NCBI GenBank assembly: GCA_010909165.1
Contig: VJWM01000118.1
Location: 558,001-622,000 of the forward strand
Reading direction: 5' to 3'
Length of the DNA: 64,000 bases
Source: Anthoceros angustus
Lineage: Eukaryota; Plantae; Anthocerotophyta
Under the pieces are notes generated by a model. That model did not search any database. It was not told the origin of the DNA and was given only the letters and a program-made list of their open reading frames with translations. The position numbers and the translations under genes are program-made. Of the stretch, positions 51,401 through 64,000 are shown one piece after another (within the stretch, counting starts at the first letter, position 1; every line of letters begins with the position of its first letter).

Positions 51401-51809
51401 AGACTTCAAGTGACTTTCTGGTTGGACTGCTACTGCAACTCATGCTTAGTGTCGTCAATAAGAATTTCATTGCCTGCAATTGGATCTCACAGTGTCGAAC
51501 AATCGTGTTGCCATTTGCAGACAGCGTGGGACATGAAGGTTTTCTCTTGCAGCCTATTGGGCGGTGGTGAGCAGCAGAATATCTGATATGCTGTCCCAGG
51601 AAATAAAATACTCGTTGCAGGAGGCTATGGTTGGTGGTGTGTTAAATCGTCTTCTGCTCCAAACGTCGGCTGCAGGGTTCCAGTTCCATAAACTCATGGA
51701 CGAGGATAGTGTTCTTGCTCAGCGACGACGGAGATTGACCCATAGTGTCGAAATTCTGAGACAAGCGAGAATTGCCGTGTCAGAAACTCTAGGGAAGGCT
51801 AGTAGCTGA
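48457..51809 (+). pseudogene. DRP4/Mx-like chimeric copy with frameshifts and internally duplicated exons (pseudogene or misassembly)
   Basis: 5' part matches copy C, middle matches copy A; indels near 48783, 49018, 49522; repeated middle-domain exons. Confidence 0.65.
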
Positions 51810-51887
51810 ATACACTCTATCTGGTCCCTTTCGAGTGGATGGAAGCTTGAACGACCTGACCGAATGTTTTCCAAATGAACAAAATTT

Positions 51888-54800
51888 TGCACTACACGGC
51901 AAGATTGGATGATATGTTTTCCGGTATGGACGAGTACCTTTCATCTTCTCGTTATCGCTGCCCTGAAAGCAGACATCGTGCTACCATAACGTTTACCGTC
52001 TAGATTCATGCCCTGGTCCTTGCGATTTCATGAATACTGATGGGCAGTTGTTTTGTTATCTTCCGCGCAGCCTTTTCGGAGTATATGCAGAAATCAGGAG
52101 GAGGATTGATGGATCCTTCAAATACCGATGAGATTATGGAGATGATGGCTGAAAGTAGAGGAACGAATCTTCCCAATTTTCTGCCGCAGGTGTTCCATAG
52201 CCTCGTAAAAGGCAGGTTGACCGGATTGCCGATGCTTGTGATAGTCTCGTCCTTGAGACACACTCGTACGCAGATCGCGTGCAAATGGAGGTATACATCT
52301 TCGTGGATCTTCGGGATTCTTGGTGTCTTCTGGGCACCATTAGAGTTGACCTTGTTTGGAATTGCCTTGTCAGGTGATTGAAACCTGCACAGTCGGCTAT
52401 CCATCCTTGAAGTCTGCCACCGAGGTGGCAGCCCGTGCAGTAATTGCTGAAAGTCGGAGCAACTGTGAAAGGTTTGTGGAGAGGATGCTAGCCAAGGAGC
52501 AAGCTATCATCTTCACCAAAACCAGACTCTACATGAAATTGGTGAAAGCTATGGCCGCATGTGTGCAAGAGCAAAACGAATCGAAGAATGAGGACAGCGA
52601 GGCAGAAAGAAATCAAAAAGAGATTCTAAAATTCGTCCAAGATGGGGTTGGAGATTTTGACCCCACAGAAGTGCACAGGAACAAATCCTCTAGTGACTTC
52701 CTGGTTAGACTACTGCAACTGATGCTTGGTATCGCACCCTATTGAAATTGCACAGGTAATATCTTCCAGATAGATTTTCGTTGCCTACAATTTGATCTGA
52801 CAGTGTCGAACAATCGTGTTGGTACTTGCAGACAGCTTGGGATATGAAAGTATCTCTGTCGGCCTATTGGGCGGTAGTGTGCAATTGCAGATGTTCTCTC
52901 CCAGGAGATTAAATTCTCCTTGCAGGAGGTCATGGTGGCTGGCGTGCACGATCGAATGTTGCTACAAACCGCGACTGCAGGCTTCCAATTTGACGGACTG
53001 ATGGACGAGGATAGTGTTCTTGCTCAGCGACGACGGAGATTGACCCATAGTGTCGAAATTCTGAGACAAGCGAGAATTGCCGTGTCAGAAACTCTAGGGA
53101 AGGCTAGTAGCTGAATACACTCTATCTGGTCCCCTTTCGAGTGGATGGAAGCTTGAACGACCTGACCGAATGTTTCCAAATGAACAAATTTTGCAGCCCC
53201 TACTGGAACAAATCGCATGACCCCAAGTGTGGAGCCTTGCATCTCAAAATTTGTTCCAGACTACACAGGATGATTTGATGATATGTTTACTGGTACACGT
53301 GCGTGTCCCTTTTCACCAGCTTTATCTCATGCCCTGGTTTCTGGATACATTTTCTAGCAAACTTCTCACAGTAAATGCAACAATCAGGAACAGGATGATA
53401 TGAATCCTTATGAGGAGACGACATCAGGAAGATGATAGCTGAATGTAAACGATCCAATCTGTTCAATTTTGCACCCACACATGTCTTCCAGAACTGGTCT
53501 TGTACCTCAAGATTTTCGAGTTTTCCGAGTAAGGCTGTCTGCAGACCATGGTCGAGCTTGCCAAAAGTAGATGTGAAGCGAGGGTCTCTGTCACTTACAA
53601 TGCAGTGAGGGATCCCGTGAAGACGATATACATGCTGGAGATGCTGTTGTGCGCACTTGGAAGTTGTGCTACTGCTAACTACTGCTTGGGTTTGCAGCGG
53701 AGCCTGAGCTGAGTGAGAGAAATATACCGCTCTAACAGACAAAGTGGAGGAACTGAAGCTGGACAATCACTCAAGTTCCTCTTTGGTCACGTCATACTGA
53801 TCGTTTTTCTTTCTGTTAACGTCATGATCATAGCCGCACTGGACACACACCTCACCTTCCTCATTGCCAACTCGAGCTGAGGGCGCATGTATGTTTAAAA
53901 TGAGTCCTGCCCTCGGAAGGTTGGTTTCGCAGGTAGGGAAACGTGCGTTATGACATTGGTATCATTGCCGGAGTGAAGTTTCACACCTCCCAAGTGGTTT
54001 CTAGAGTAGTAAAGTTTGACATAGTGGCTTCCTACTTACCTCCCAAGTGAAGTTTGAGATGCTGTTGTGCGCACTTGGAAGTTGTGCTACTGCTAACTAC
54101 TGCTTGGGTTTGCAGCGGAGCCTGAGCTGAGTGAGAGAAATATACCGCTCTAACAGACAAAGTGGACTCCCGTACATGGGTGCTCCTTCATACATGTATT
54201 AATTATTACAGGAGGCTATGGTGGATAGTGTGCAGCAGGATTGCAGATGTTCTCTCCCAGGAGATTAAATTCTCCTTGCAGGAGGTCATGGTGGCTGGCG
54301 TGCACGATCGAATGTTGCTACAAACCGCGACTGCAGGCTTCCAATTTGACGGACTGATGGACGAGGATAGTGTTCTTGCTCAGCGACGACGGAGATTGAC
54401 CCATAGTGTCACCATCCTAAGGAAAGCCAGATTTGCTTTGCACAGACTCTACATGAAATTGGTGAAAGCTATGGCCGCATGTGCAAGAGCAAAACGAATC
54501 GAAGAATGAGGACAGCGAGGCAGAAAGAAATCAAAAGAGATTCTAAAATTCGTCCAAGATGGGGTTGGAGATTTTGACCCCACAGAAGTGCACAGGAACA
54601 AATCCTCTAGTGACTTCCTGGTTAGACTGCTACTGCAACTGATGCTTGGTATCGCACCCTATTGAAATTGCACAGGTAATATCTTCCAGATAGATTTTCG
54701 TTGCCTACAATAATTTGATCTGACAGTGTCGAACAATCGTGTTGGTACTTGCAGACAGCTTGGGATATGAAAGTATCTCTGTCGGCCTATTGGGCGGTAG

Positions 54801-55924
54801 TGTGCAGCAGGATTGCAGATGTTCTCTCCCAGGAGATTAAATTCTCCTTGCAGGAGGTCATGGTGGCTGGCGTGCACGATCGAATGTTGCTACAAACCGC
54901 GACTGCAGGCTTCCAATTTGACGGACTGATGGACGAGGATAGTGTTCTTGCTCAGCGACGACGGAGATTGACCCATAGTGTCACCATCCTAAGGAAAGCC
55001 AGATCTGCTGTTTCAGAAACTCTGGGGAAGGCTAGTAGCTGAATACTTGTACCCAGTAACCTAGCAAGTAAATCGAAACTTTGACCCATATGTTCAAAAC
55101 AAGCAAATTGCTTCAGCCCGTTTTGGGACAACCGACGACGACACCCAGTGTGCAACCAGAAACCTATTCCAGAAAAGCTGTAGCAGTTTCTGTGACCAGG
55201 ATGATCCGATCAGACTAGCTAGATATGCATGCCGAGAATATGCTGTTAGTAAAGTTTGTTTAGTATACCAAATAAAAATTCAAATGATTATCCACATGAA
55301 AGCACAATGTTTCCTTGGTCAAGTTGGGATGTCACGGATGTGAATGTGAAGATACATACTTTGCTATGTATCAGCGATTTCAAAGTACACTGGCGGGAAA
55401 CTTGTAAAAAGAACCTGGAGCTAGGATCTCGTAGTGGAATATACTAATCAAACTCATTAACTCCGCAAGGAGCACAGGAACAAATCCTCTAGTGACTTCC
55501 TGGTTAGACTGCTACTGCAACTGATGCTTGGTATCGCACCCTATTGAAATTGCACAGGTAATATCTTCCAGATAGATTTTCGTTGCCTACAATAATTTGA
55601 TCTGACAGTGTCGAACAATCGTGTTGGTACTTGCAGACAGCTTGGGATATGAAAGTATCTCTGTCGGCCTATTGGGCGGTAGTGTGCAGCAGGATTGCAG
55701 ATGTTCTCTCCCAGGAGATTAAATTCTCCTTGCAGGAGGTCATGGTGGCTGGCGTGCACGATCGAATGTTGCTACAAACCGCGACTGCAGGCTTCCAATT
55801 TGACGGACTGATGGACGAGGATAGTGTTCTTGCTCAGCGACGACGGAGATTGACCCATAGTGTCACCATCCTAAGGAAAGCCAGATCTGCTGTTTCAGAA
55901 ACTCTGGGGAAGGCTAGTAGCTGA
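51888..55924 (+). pseudogene. Series of partial 3' DRP4 copies ending at 53114, 55042 and 55924
   Basis: Repeated last exons (...[10 protein letters not shown]) joined at short shared sequences. Confidence 0.65.
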
Positions 55925-56420
55925 ATACTTGTACCCAGTAACCTAGCAAGTACCAGAACACAGAACAAGCTACAAAAAGGTTCAATGTGCATAATTTTGG
56001 CAGCCTGTAGACTGGAACAAATCGCATGACCCCAAGTGTGGAGCCTTGCATCTCAAAATTTGTTCCAGACTACACAGGATGATTTGATGATATGTTTTAG
56101 GACATGGCGTTGTAATATGAAATCTAATGAAAGACTTTGTTTACGGTTTCATCAACCAGCTTGTACGCTGTGGTAGCTAGTATGAGTGGCTCACCTGCTG
56201 AAATTCAAGTCGCCTTAATTCTGCACTCTAATCGGGTAGCTCGACCTGCCTGCCGGCAGTGGACCCACTGTTTGCAATTCATGGGCTCCACTCGCGGATC
56301 ATTAATGACTTGATTGCTATATTATAGCCAGCGACATCCCCTGAAGTCATCCAGCTCTTCTCATTTCCTGACTTTCCTGTGCTGTTCTCACTATCTTCGT
56401 CACCAGCTTCCTCAGTCGCA

Positions 56421-59155
56421 ATGGTCCGCAAATGGTCCAAGACCCTTGCACTGAGCACCAGAAATCTTCCGAGTCCGGTTGCTCAGGATGAGCCACCAGT
56501 CCAGGAGCTTCCGCGTCCTGATTCTAGCCATGGCCCTGGCCATGCCACTCCTGCAGAACAAGTTCCAAGAGAAGATTCGACCGATGCTCGATGTCGTGGA
56601 CAATCTCAGAAACTTGGGGGTGATGGAGGAAGGCATCGCCTTACCCACCATCGTCGTGGTGGGCGATCAAAGCAGTGGGAAATCGAGTGTGCTGGAATCA
56701 CTCGCAGGGATCAGCCTGCCGCGCGGGCAGGGTATCGCCACCCGGGTGCCATTGATTCTTCGGCTGCAGACCAGGTAAACGTTTGTGGGTGGTAGACGTC
56801 GACACTTGTTCCGAATTTTCAGCACCTCATATGATGAACACTTTGTTTTGATTTTGGAACCCCCAGTGACGAGGACAGAATTACGATCGAGTACACTGGA
56901 GTGAAAGAGGTGATTGAAGAGAACGGCATCGAGATGGCGGTTGTGACGGCGCAGAATAAGCTTGCTGGAGATGGGAAGGGGATTTGCGACAATCCCATCT
57001 CACTGCACATCCGGAAGCCTAGTGCACCGGATTTGACTATGGTCGACCTCCCGGGTATCACCCGAGTCCCTGTCCACGGCCAGCCGGAGAACATATATGA
57101 GCAGATTTCTGCCATTATTCGTCATTACATCACGCCACCGGAGAGTGTGATTCTGAATGTGCTGTCCGCTAGTGTGGATTTCCCAACCTGCGAGAGCATA
57201 AGAATGTCCCAAGTTGCGGACAAAGCGGGAAAGAGGACCTTGGCCGTCGTCACGAAGGTGAGTTGTCCACTATTTTCAAGTCTATTTATTGGGTTATTCC
57301 TTGTGCATCAAAACTTCTTGAGCGCTGGAAGTCTGCGTGGATCGATGGTAACTTCGAGGTGACTGTGTCTCTTTTCTATCATCAGGTTGATAAATCACCA
57401 GAAGGCCTTCTCGAAAAGGTCACCACAGACGCAGTGAACATCGGCCTGGGTTACATCTGCGTCCGGAACAGGGTAGCGGAGTCAGAGTCTCATGTGGAAG
57501 CAAGAACGATCGAGAAATCGTTGTTTGACACACATCCGCTTTTGTCCAAGATCGATAAGCGCATCGTCGGAATTCCTGTACTAGCTGATCGGCTGACGCA
57601 GATACAGGCCGACAGTATTCGGCGACTTCTGCCAAACATAATTGCGAAGATCGAGAAAGGTTATATCCACCTGTTTACAAGCAGCAGTAGCACTACAGGT
57701 TTTCTTCCATGTGACTCTCATGCCCGGAGTGGACTTCATTGACTGCAGGACTGCAGAGCAAGAGGCAGGAGTTGGCAAGCCTGCCTCAGGGAGTGGAGAA
57801 CACCGCTGAGGCTTATGTGGTGTTCTCGAAAACCATGGCGGCAAGAACAGAAACTGCCAAGCAGTTAGTCGTTCGGGGAGACTGTACTGACTGCTTTGCG
57901 CAGGATAACAAAATTTTGCACTACACGGCAAGATTGGATGATATGTTTTCCGGTATGGACGAGTACCTTTCATCTTCTCGTTATCGCTGCCCTGAAAGCA
58001 GACATCGTGCTACCATAACGTTTACCGTCTAGATTCATGCCCTGGTCCTTGCGATTTCATGAATACTGATGGGCAGTTGTTTTGTTATCTTCCGCGCAGC
58101 CTTTTCGGAGTATATGCAGAAATCAGGAGGAGGATTGATGGATCCTTCAAATACCGATGAGATTATGGAGATGATGGCTGAAAGTAGAGGAACGAATCTT
58201 CCCAATTTTCTGCCCACGCAGGTGTTCCATAGCCTCGTAAAAAGGCAGGTTGACCGGATTGCCGATGCTTGTGATAGTCTCGTCCTTGAGACACACTCGT
58301 ACGCAGATCGCGTGCAAATGGAGGTATACATCTTCGTGGATCTTCGGGATTCTTGGTGTCTTCTGGGCACCATTAGAGTTGACCTTGTTTGGAATTGCCT
58401 TGTCAGGTGATTGAAACCTGCACAGTCGGCTATCCATCCTTGAAGTCTGCCACCGAGGTGGCAGCCCGTGCAGTAATTGCTGAAAGTCGGAGCAACTGTG
58501 AAAGGTTTGTGGAGAGGATGCTAGCCAAGGAGCAAGCTATCATCTTCACCAAAACCAGACTCTACATGAAATTGGTGAAAGCTATGGCCGCATGTGTGCA
58601 AGAGCAAAACGAATCGAAGAATGAGGACAGCGAGGCAGAAAGAAATCAAAAAGAGATTCTAAAATTCGTCCAAGATGGGGTTGGAGATTTTGACCCCACA
58701 GAAGTGCACAGGAACAAATCCTCTAGTGACTTCCTGGTTAGACTGCTACTGCAACTGATGCTTGGTATCGCACCCTATTGAAATTGCACAGGTAATATCT
58801 TCCAGATAGATTTTCGTTGCCTACAATTTGATCTGACAGTGTCGAACAATCGTGTTGGTACTTGCAGACAGCTTGGGATATGAAAGTATCTCTGTCGGCC
58901 TATTGGGCGGTAGTGTGCAGCAGGATTGCAGATGTTCTCTCCCAGGAGATTAAATTCTCCTTGCAGGAGGTCATGGTGGCTGGCGTGCACGATCGAATGT
59001 TGCTACAAACCGCGACTGCAGGCTTCCAATTTGACGGACTGATGGACGAGGATAGTGTTCTTGCTCAGCGACGACGGAGATTGACCCATAGTGTCACCAT
59101 CCTAAGGAAAGCCAGATCTGCTGTTTCAGAAACTCTGGGGAAGGCTAGTAGCTGA
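56421..59155 (+). CDS. Mx-like dynamin-related protein (DRP4 family), copy C, near-intact (indel near 56550)
   Basis: MVRKWSK start, full GTPase motifs, middle and GED exons; gccactcctgcag vs gccactcccttgcag in the sister copy. Confidence 0.8.
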
Positions 59156-59296
59156 ATACTTGTACCCAGTAACCTAGCAAGTACCAGAACACAGAACAAG
59201 CTACAAAAAAAGGTTCAATGTGCATAATTTTGGCAGCCTGTAGACTGGAACAAATCGCATGACCCCAAGTGTGGAGCCTTGCATCTCAAAATTTGT

Positions 59297-59540
59297 TCCA
59301 GACTACACAGGATGATTTGATGATATGTTTACTGGTACACGTGCGTGTCCCTTTTTCACCAGCTTTATCTCATGCCCTGGTTTCTGGATACATTTTCTAG
59401 CAAACTTCTCACAGTAAATGCAACAATCAGGAACAGGATGATATGAATCCTTGTAAGGGAGACGACATCAGGAAGATGATAGCTGAATGTAAACGATCCA
59501 ATCTGTTCAATTTTGCACCCACACATGTCTTCCAGAACTG
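59297..59540 (+). pseudogene. Older diverged DRP4 middle-domain fragment (also at ~50214 and ~53258)
   Basis: DYTG*FDDMFTG vs [12 protein letters not shown]; DDIRKMIAECKRSNLFNFAPTHVFQN vs [25 protein letters not shown]. Confidence 0.65.
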
Positions 59541-59544
59541 GTCT

Positions 59545-59960
59545 TGTACCTCAAGATTTCGAGTTTTCCGAGTAAGGCTGTCTGCAGACCATGGTCGAGA
59601 GCTTGCCAAAAAGTAGATGTGAAGCGAGGGTCTCTGTCACTTACAATGCAGTGAGGGATCCCGTGAAGACGATATACATGCTGGAGATGCTGTTGTGCGC
59701 ACTTGGAAGTTGTGCTACTGCTAACTACTGCTTGGAGTTTGCAGCGGAGCCTGAGCTGAGTGAGAGAAATATACCGCTCTAACAGACAAAGTGGAGGAAC
59801 TGAAGCTGGACAATCACTCAAGTTCCTCTTTGGTCACGTCATACTGATCGTTTTTTCTTTCTGTTAACGTCATGATCATAGCCCGCACTGGACACACACC
59901 TCACCTTCCTCATTGCCAACTCGAGCTGAGGGCGCATGTATGTTTAAAATGAGTCCTGCC
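59545..59960 (-). mobile_element. Ty3/gypsy integrase remnant (also at ~53500-53900)
   Basis: VYRLHGIPHCIVSDRDPRFTSTFW integrase core motif. Confidence 0.75.
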
Positions 59961-60223
59961 AGCATGTCCGCTAAGCGTTTTTGGCGGCTTGATTTTCCTC
60001 AACGTTGTGCTGATCAAAAGGCGTGACTCAGTCATTGTGATGACACACTATGCTTGTGTCGCCAATCGCAGCAAACAAGTCCAATCGACCTGAACAACCA
60101 GTGACCCTATGCTAGTTTCCTCGTGAGAGGTTCGTGGAGCATCTGGCATGGAGGAGCAAACTGAAGCCACCCTTGGAAGCCTGCAAAACGCCTTAGGGTT
60201 GGGAGAGCCACGAGGCCCAATGG

Positions 60224-63200
60224 TGTAAAAACGTAGGAATTCAGTTGGTTTGGTATGGAGGGAGGAAGTAAGAAGCCTTACATGAGAAGCATGCAGCCAT
60301 GGATCTAGTTAGTAAGTTGTAAGTAATGGTGGGAAGACTTAGCTTAGGGCTTAAGGAAGAAAGTCTGCTCTAAGCAGTTACTTTGGAAATGTTGTAAGCC
60401 TCCTATAAAAGGAGATGAGGCTAGCCCTAGAGAAGCATCTTGTGATCCTAGCATGGGGAGCTACACTCTTGAGGATAGGACTTTGGTGCCTAGAGGCCTT
60501 GGGAACCTACGAGTGTTAGCATGTCTAGAAGGATCCTAGCACTTGGGAGCTACACTCTTGTGAGGATAGGACTTTGGTGCTTAGAGGCCTTGGGGAGCCT
60601 AGAGTGTGAGCGTGCTAGAGGAGAGCTGCTAAGGGGAGATCGAGGGAGGAGAGCTAAGCTCCTAGCTTAGGCAAAGATGGGATCTCTCATGTATTCTTGT
60701 TGACTCTTCTTTGGAATAAATAGCAGCGATCGTGCGAGTCGTCCGTGGAAGGACGGCGGGCTACTTGGAGGCCTAGTCTTTGGTGTCGGTGATGTTTTTG
60801 TCGCTAATCGTGATCGCCCACCTCGAAAAGGGGTGTTACTTGTGGTATCAGAGCTTAGCTAGGGCACTAGCTGGAGATGGTCGATCTTGAAGAGCCAGGC
60901 AGAGCAGAGAGAATACGGCGGAAGAAAGAGAAGGCTCCTATGTTGGAGACCACAATGGATGAGCCTCAGATGGAGCCACAAATTCCTGGAACGACAGAGC
61001 AAGATACCTCTGGGCCGAAGACCGTCACCATGCCACAAGAGGAGCTTCAAAATCTTTTGAGGAGAATGGAAGCTCTAGAGCAACAAGTACAAGGAAAAAG
61101 AAAGCTCGATGAAGCAGAGAAGGATGATGAACAGGACGAATTGGAGCTGGCCAAAAGGAGTAGAGCAAGGAGACCCAAGAAGTTGAGGCTAAGCGCTCAT
61201 TTCGATAGGTATAAGGGTGAAGCGAGATGTGGAGAAAATCAATTCGTGGTTTTCTCATTGGAAGGATACTTTCGTCAAGAGGATTCCGCAGAAGAGTATC
61301 TAGATCACATCGTTAACTTCTTAGAAGGGTACGCCTTACTTGGTGGAGAACTTATGTTCAGTATTGAACAAGGTAATAGAGTGGAAACTATTTCCACAGG
61401 CAATTCAAAGATGCACCAACTTCAATTCCACCAACTAATGCATCTATCTTTGGCAAGAAGGATGCTAGAGAATGTAAAGCACAGGAATGTTGCGGTATGT
61501 GAGTGAATTTACATTGTTACAATGCCACGATATGCGGAGGTGGATAAGCTCCACAGGTTTTATAGTGGACTCAAGAGGTGGGCTCTAGAGAGAATTCAAA
61601 TGACAAAACCTCAAACTCTGCGAGAGGCTATTGTAGTCTAGATGCGATACGACACAAGTCGTGCCGAGGAAGCACCGGTGTCTTCGAGGAAGGTATCCAA
61701 GATCTTTTCAAGGAAGATCACGAGGTAGAGGAAGAGCCACCAACACTGGGCATATTGGAACAAATGATAATGTTGGTAGAGGCAGAGGAAGAGGAAGAGG
61801 AGCCAATAGAGGTCGTGTGGAAGCCAAAGGACAGCCCTCAATTTGGTGTGCTTCAATTGTGGAGAGCAAGGACACTTTGCGAAAGATTGTCCGCATGGGA
61901 ATTCCCAACTAAATGTGATAGCCAATCCTCAAGCTCCGGACTTAGGATTCAGCTTGCAGAGCCCAAATGATGCGGTGGCCACATGTTGTGGTGACATGTG
62001 AGTCATCTAGTGTCAAGGATGACACTATTTTGAGGGAATGTGGAGCCCTTATGTATATATGTGGGAAGATGAATGGCTTAGAAGTAGAGTTATTGTTGGA
62101 CTCTGCTGCCACTCACAATTTTATAACTCCTCGCAAGGCGAAAGAGCTTGGGCTAGAATGGGCTAGTACTTCCGTGCCATATGGAATCAAGCAAGCTAAA
62201 GGAACTCTGCTTTTCTTACGTGAATTGCATGGAGTAAAGCTGCAAATAGAAACGTGGGAAGGATACATGAGTTTCACGATTGTAGACATGGATGACCATG
62301 ATGTTATCTTGGGTCTAGAGTGGATGAAATCCAATGAAGTGCGTGTAGATGTGAAGTCCCGCACCATTGAGATATTGAAGAATGGAAAGCACAAGGTGGT
62401 TTGTGCTAATCTTAGTCAAGCTTGAGATGTGCTCGATGCAGTTGATTTCAAAAGAGAGCTCAAGCGGGACATAAGACAAAGAAGGAGCTTTATCTAGTTA
62501 TGCTCCAGGATTAGAGGATGGTCTTGAGGAAGAATCCTCAGAACAGAAAGACATCCCGAAGGAATTACAAGTTGTCTTGGATGATTTTAAGGATTTGATG
62601 CATGATGAATTGCCACCTTTACCGTCTCATAGAGTAGTAGATCATGAGATTGAATTGAGGCTGTGGAGTACGCCTCGTCGAGAGCACCATATAGATTGTC
62701 GCAGGATGAGCTGCAGAACTCAAGCGACAACTATCCAACCGGCAAAGGGATATATCGAGTCTCTAAGTCTCCTTTGGTGCGCGGTATTGTTTACGCAAGA
62801 AGAATGGAGGACTAAGGATGTGTTTAGATTACGAGCTCGAATCAAATTACGAAGAATGCATATCCTTTGCCAAGAATGGATGATATGTTTGATAGTTGAA
62901 GGGTGCCAAGTATTTCACCAAGCTAGATCGATGGCGGGTACTATCGGATCGAATCGCAGAGGGACATGAGTACAAAAGCGACTTAGGACCGTATGGGGCT
63001 TTTGAATTTTGGTCATGCCATTTGGACTTACTAATGCACTGCCACATTTCAAACACTTATGAATACTATATTCATAGATCCGTGGACAAGTGTGTTGTAA
63101 TCTATCTGGATGACATTTTGATCTTTAGCCATACCTTGGAGGAACATCGAACACTTAAGAGAAGTGTTACAGCTAAGAGAGAATTCTTTGTTCTTGGCAA

Positions 63201-64000
63201 TTAAGAAGTGTGACTTGTCAAGACAGAGGTAGCTTTCTTAGGCTTTATTGTCTCTGATGGCATTAATGGTGAGGGCCATTCAAGATTGGCAACCTCCTAG
63301 GAACATTCATGAGGTTCGCTTTATGGGTTTGGCTTACGTATGGAGATTTGTACATATGTTTGCTAAGATAGCAGCCCCATAACGACCTCTTAAAGATGAC
63401 GAAAGCTTGGAAGTGGGATCTTTGAATGTCAAGATTGAATACTTGAAGATGAAATTGAGTACAACTCGGTTTTAGGAATGTATGATCCCAAGAAGGATGT
63501 GGAAGTGTCTGATGCCTCGGGCGTGGCCATAGGTGGAGTGTTGATGCAAGACCATAAGCCGATAGCTTTTGAGTCAAGGAAATTGCATCCTTATGAGTTG
63601 AAGTATACCACCTATGAGAAGGAAATGACTACTGTCATTCATTGTTTGAAGGTATCGAGACACTATCTCTTGGGCAGATCTTTTGTGCTCTATACTGATA
63701 CTATTAGCACAACATACTTCTCTAACCAATTGAAATTGAATGCAAGACTAACTAAATGGCAAGATTTCCTAGCTATGTATGATGTGACTCTCAAGTATAA
63801 ACCTGGAAAAGAGAATAAGGTTGCGGATGCGCTGAGTCACAAAAAGAGTCAGGAAGTAAAGGCAATGACAATGCTGGTTGAACCTATGGACACTCACAAA
63901 CAGATCAAGGAAGCATATCTGCAGGATCCGGATGTTCGTGGATTAATGGAATAGAGCGAGAAGGAAGCAAGTTCAAATTGAGGATGGTTTGTTGATATAC
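60224..64000 (+). mobile_element. Ty3/gypsy LTR retrotransposon (5' LTR ~60224-60840, gag, protease, RT, RNase H), frameshifted, running off the window
   Basis: LTR begins TGTAA; PBS TGGTATCAGAGC; protease LLDSAATHNF; RT YLDDILIFS; RNase H DASGVAIGGVL...IAFESRKL; PR-RT-RH order. Confidence 0.92.
60843..60854 (+). promoter_or_regulatory. Primer binding site complementary to initiator tRNA-Met
   Basis: TGGTATCAGAGC just after the LTR end. Confidence 0.9.

Overview
Gene-dense plant nuclear DNA with short introns (mostly ~85-120 nt) and plant telomere repeats. A DYW:KP-type PPR gene (HAEKLA, C-terminus DQH) plus the compact genes suggest a hornwort (Anthoceros-like); this is inference. The genic block (2.7-38 kb) holds three Phi-class GSTs, LIL3, an O-fucosyltransferase-family gene, a NEMP-like gene, intronless KONJAC/GMPPA and katanin p60 genes, a probable mitoribosomal mL60, a conserved membrane protein and a PLS-E-DYW:KP PPR. 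At 44-59 kb lies a rearranged tandem array of Mx-like dynamin (DRP4) genes, followed by a Ty3/gypsy element whose LTR family also occurs inverted at the window start. The standout is an 11-exon gene (minus, 23075..19314, ~887 aa) fusing a complete ammonium transporter (AMT) to a catalytically intact clade-D PP2C phosphatase. The junction lies inside one exon, so this is a candidate plant ammonium 'transceptor-phosphatase'. Homopolymer frameshifts and microhomology chimeras suggest some long-read consensus or assembly error.
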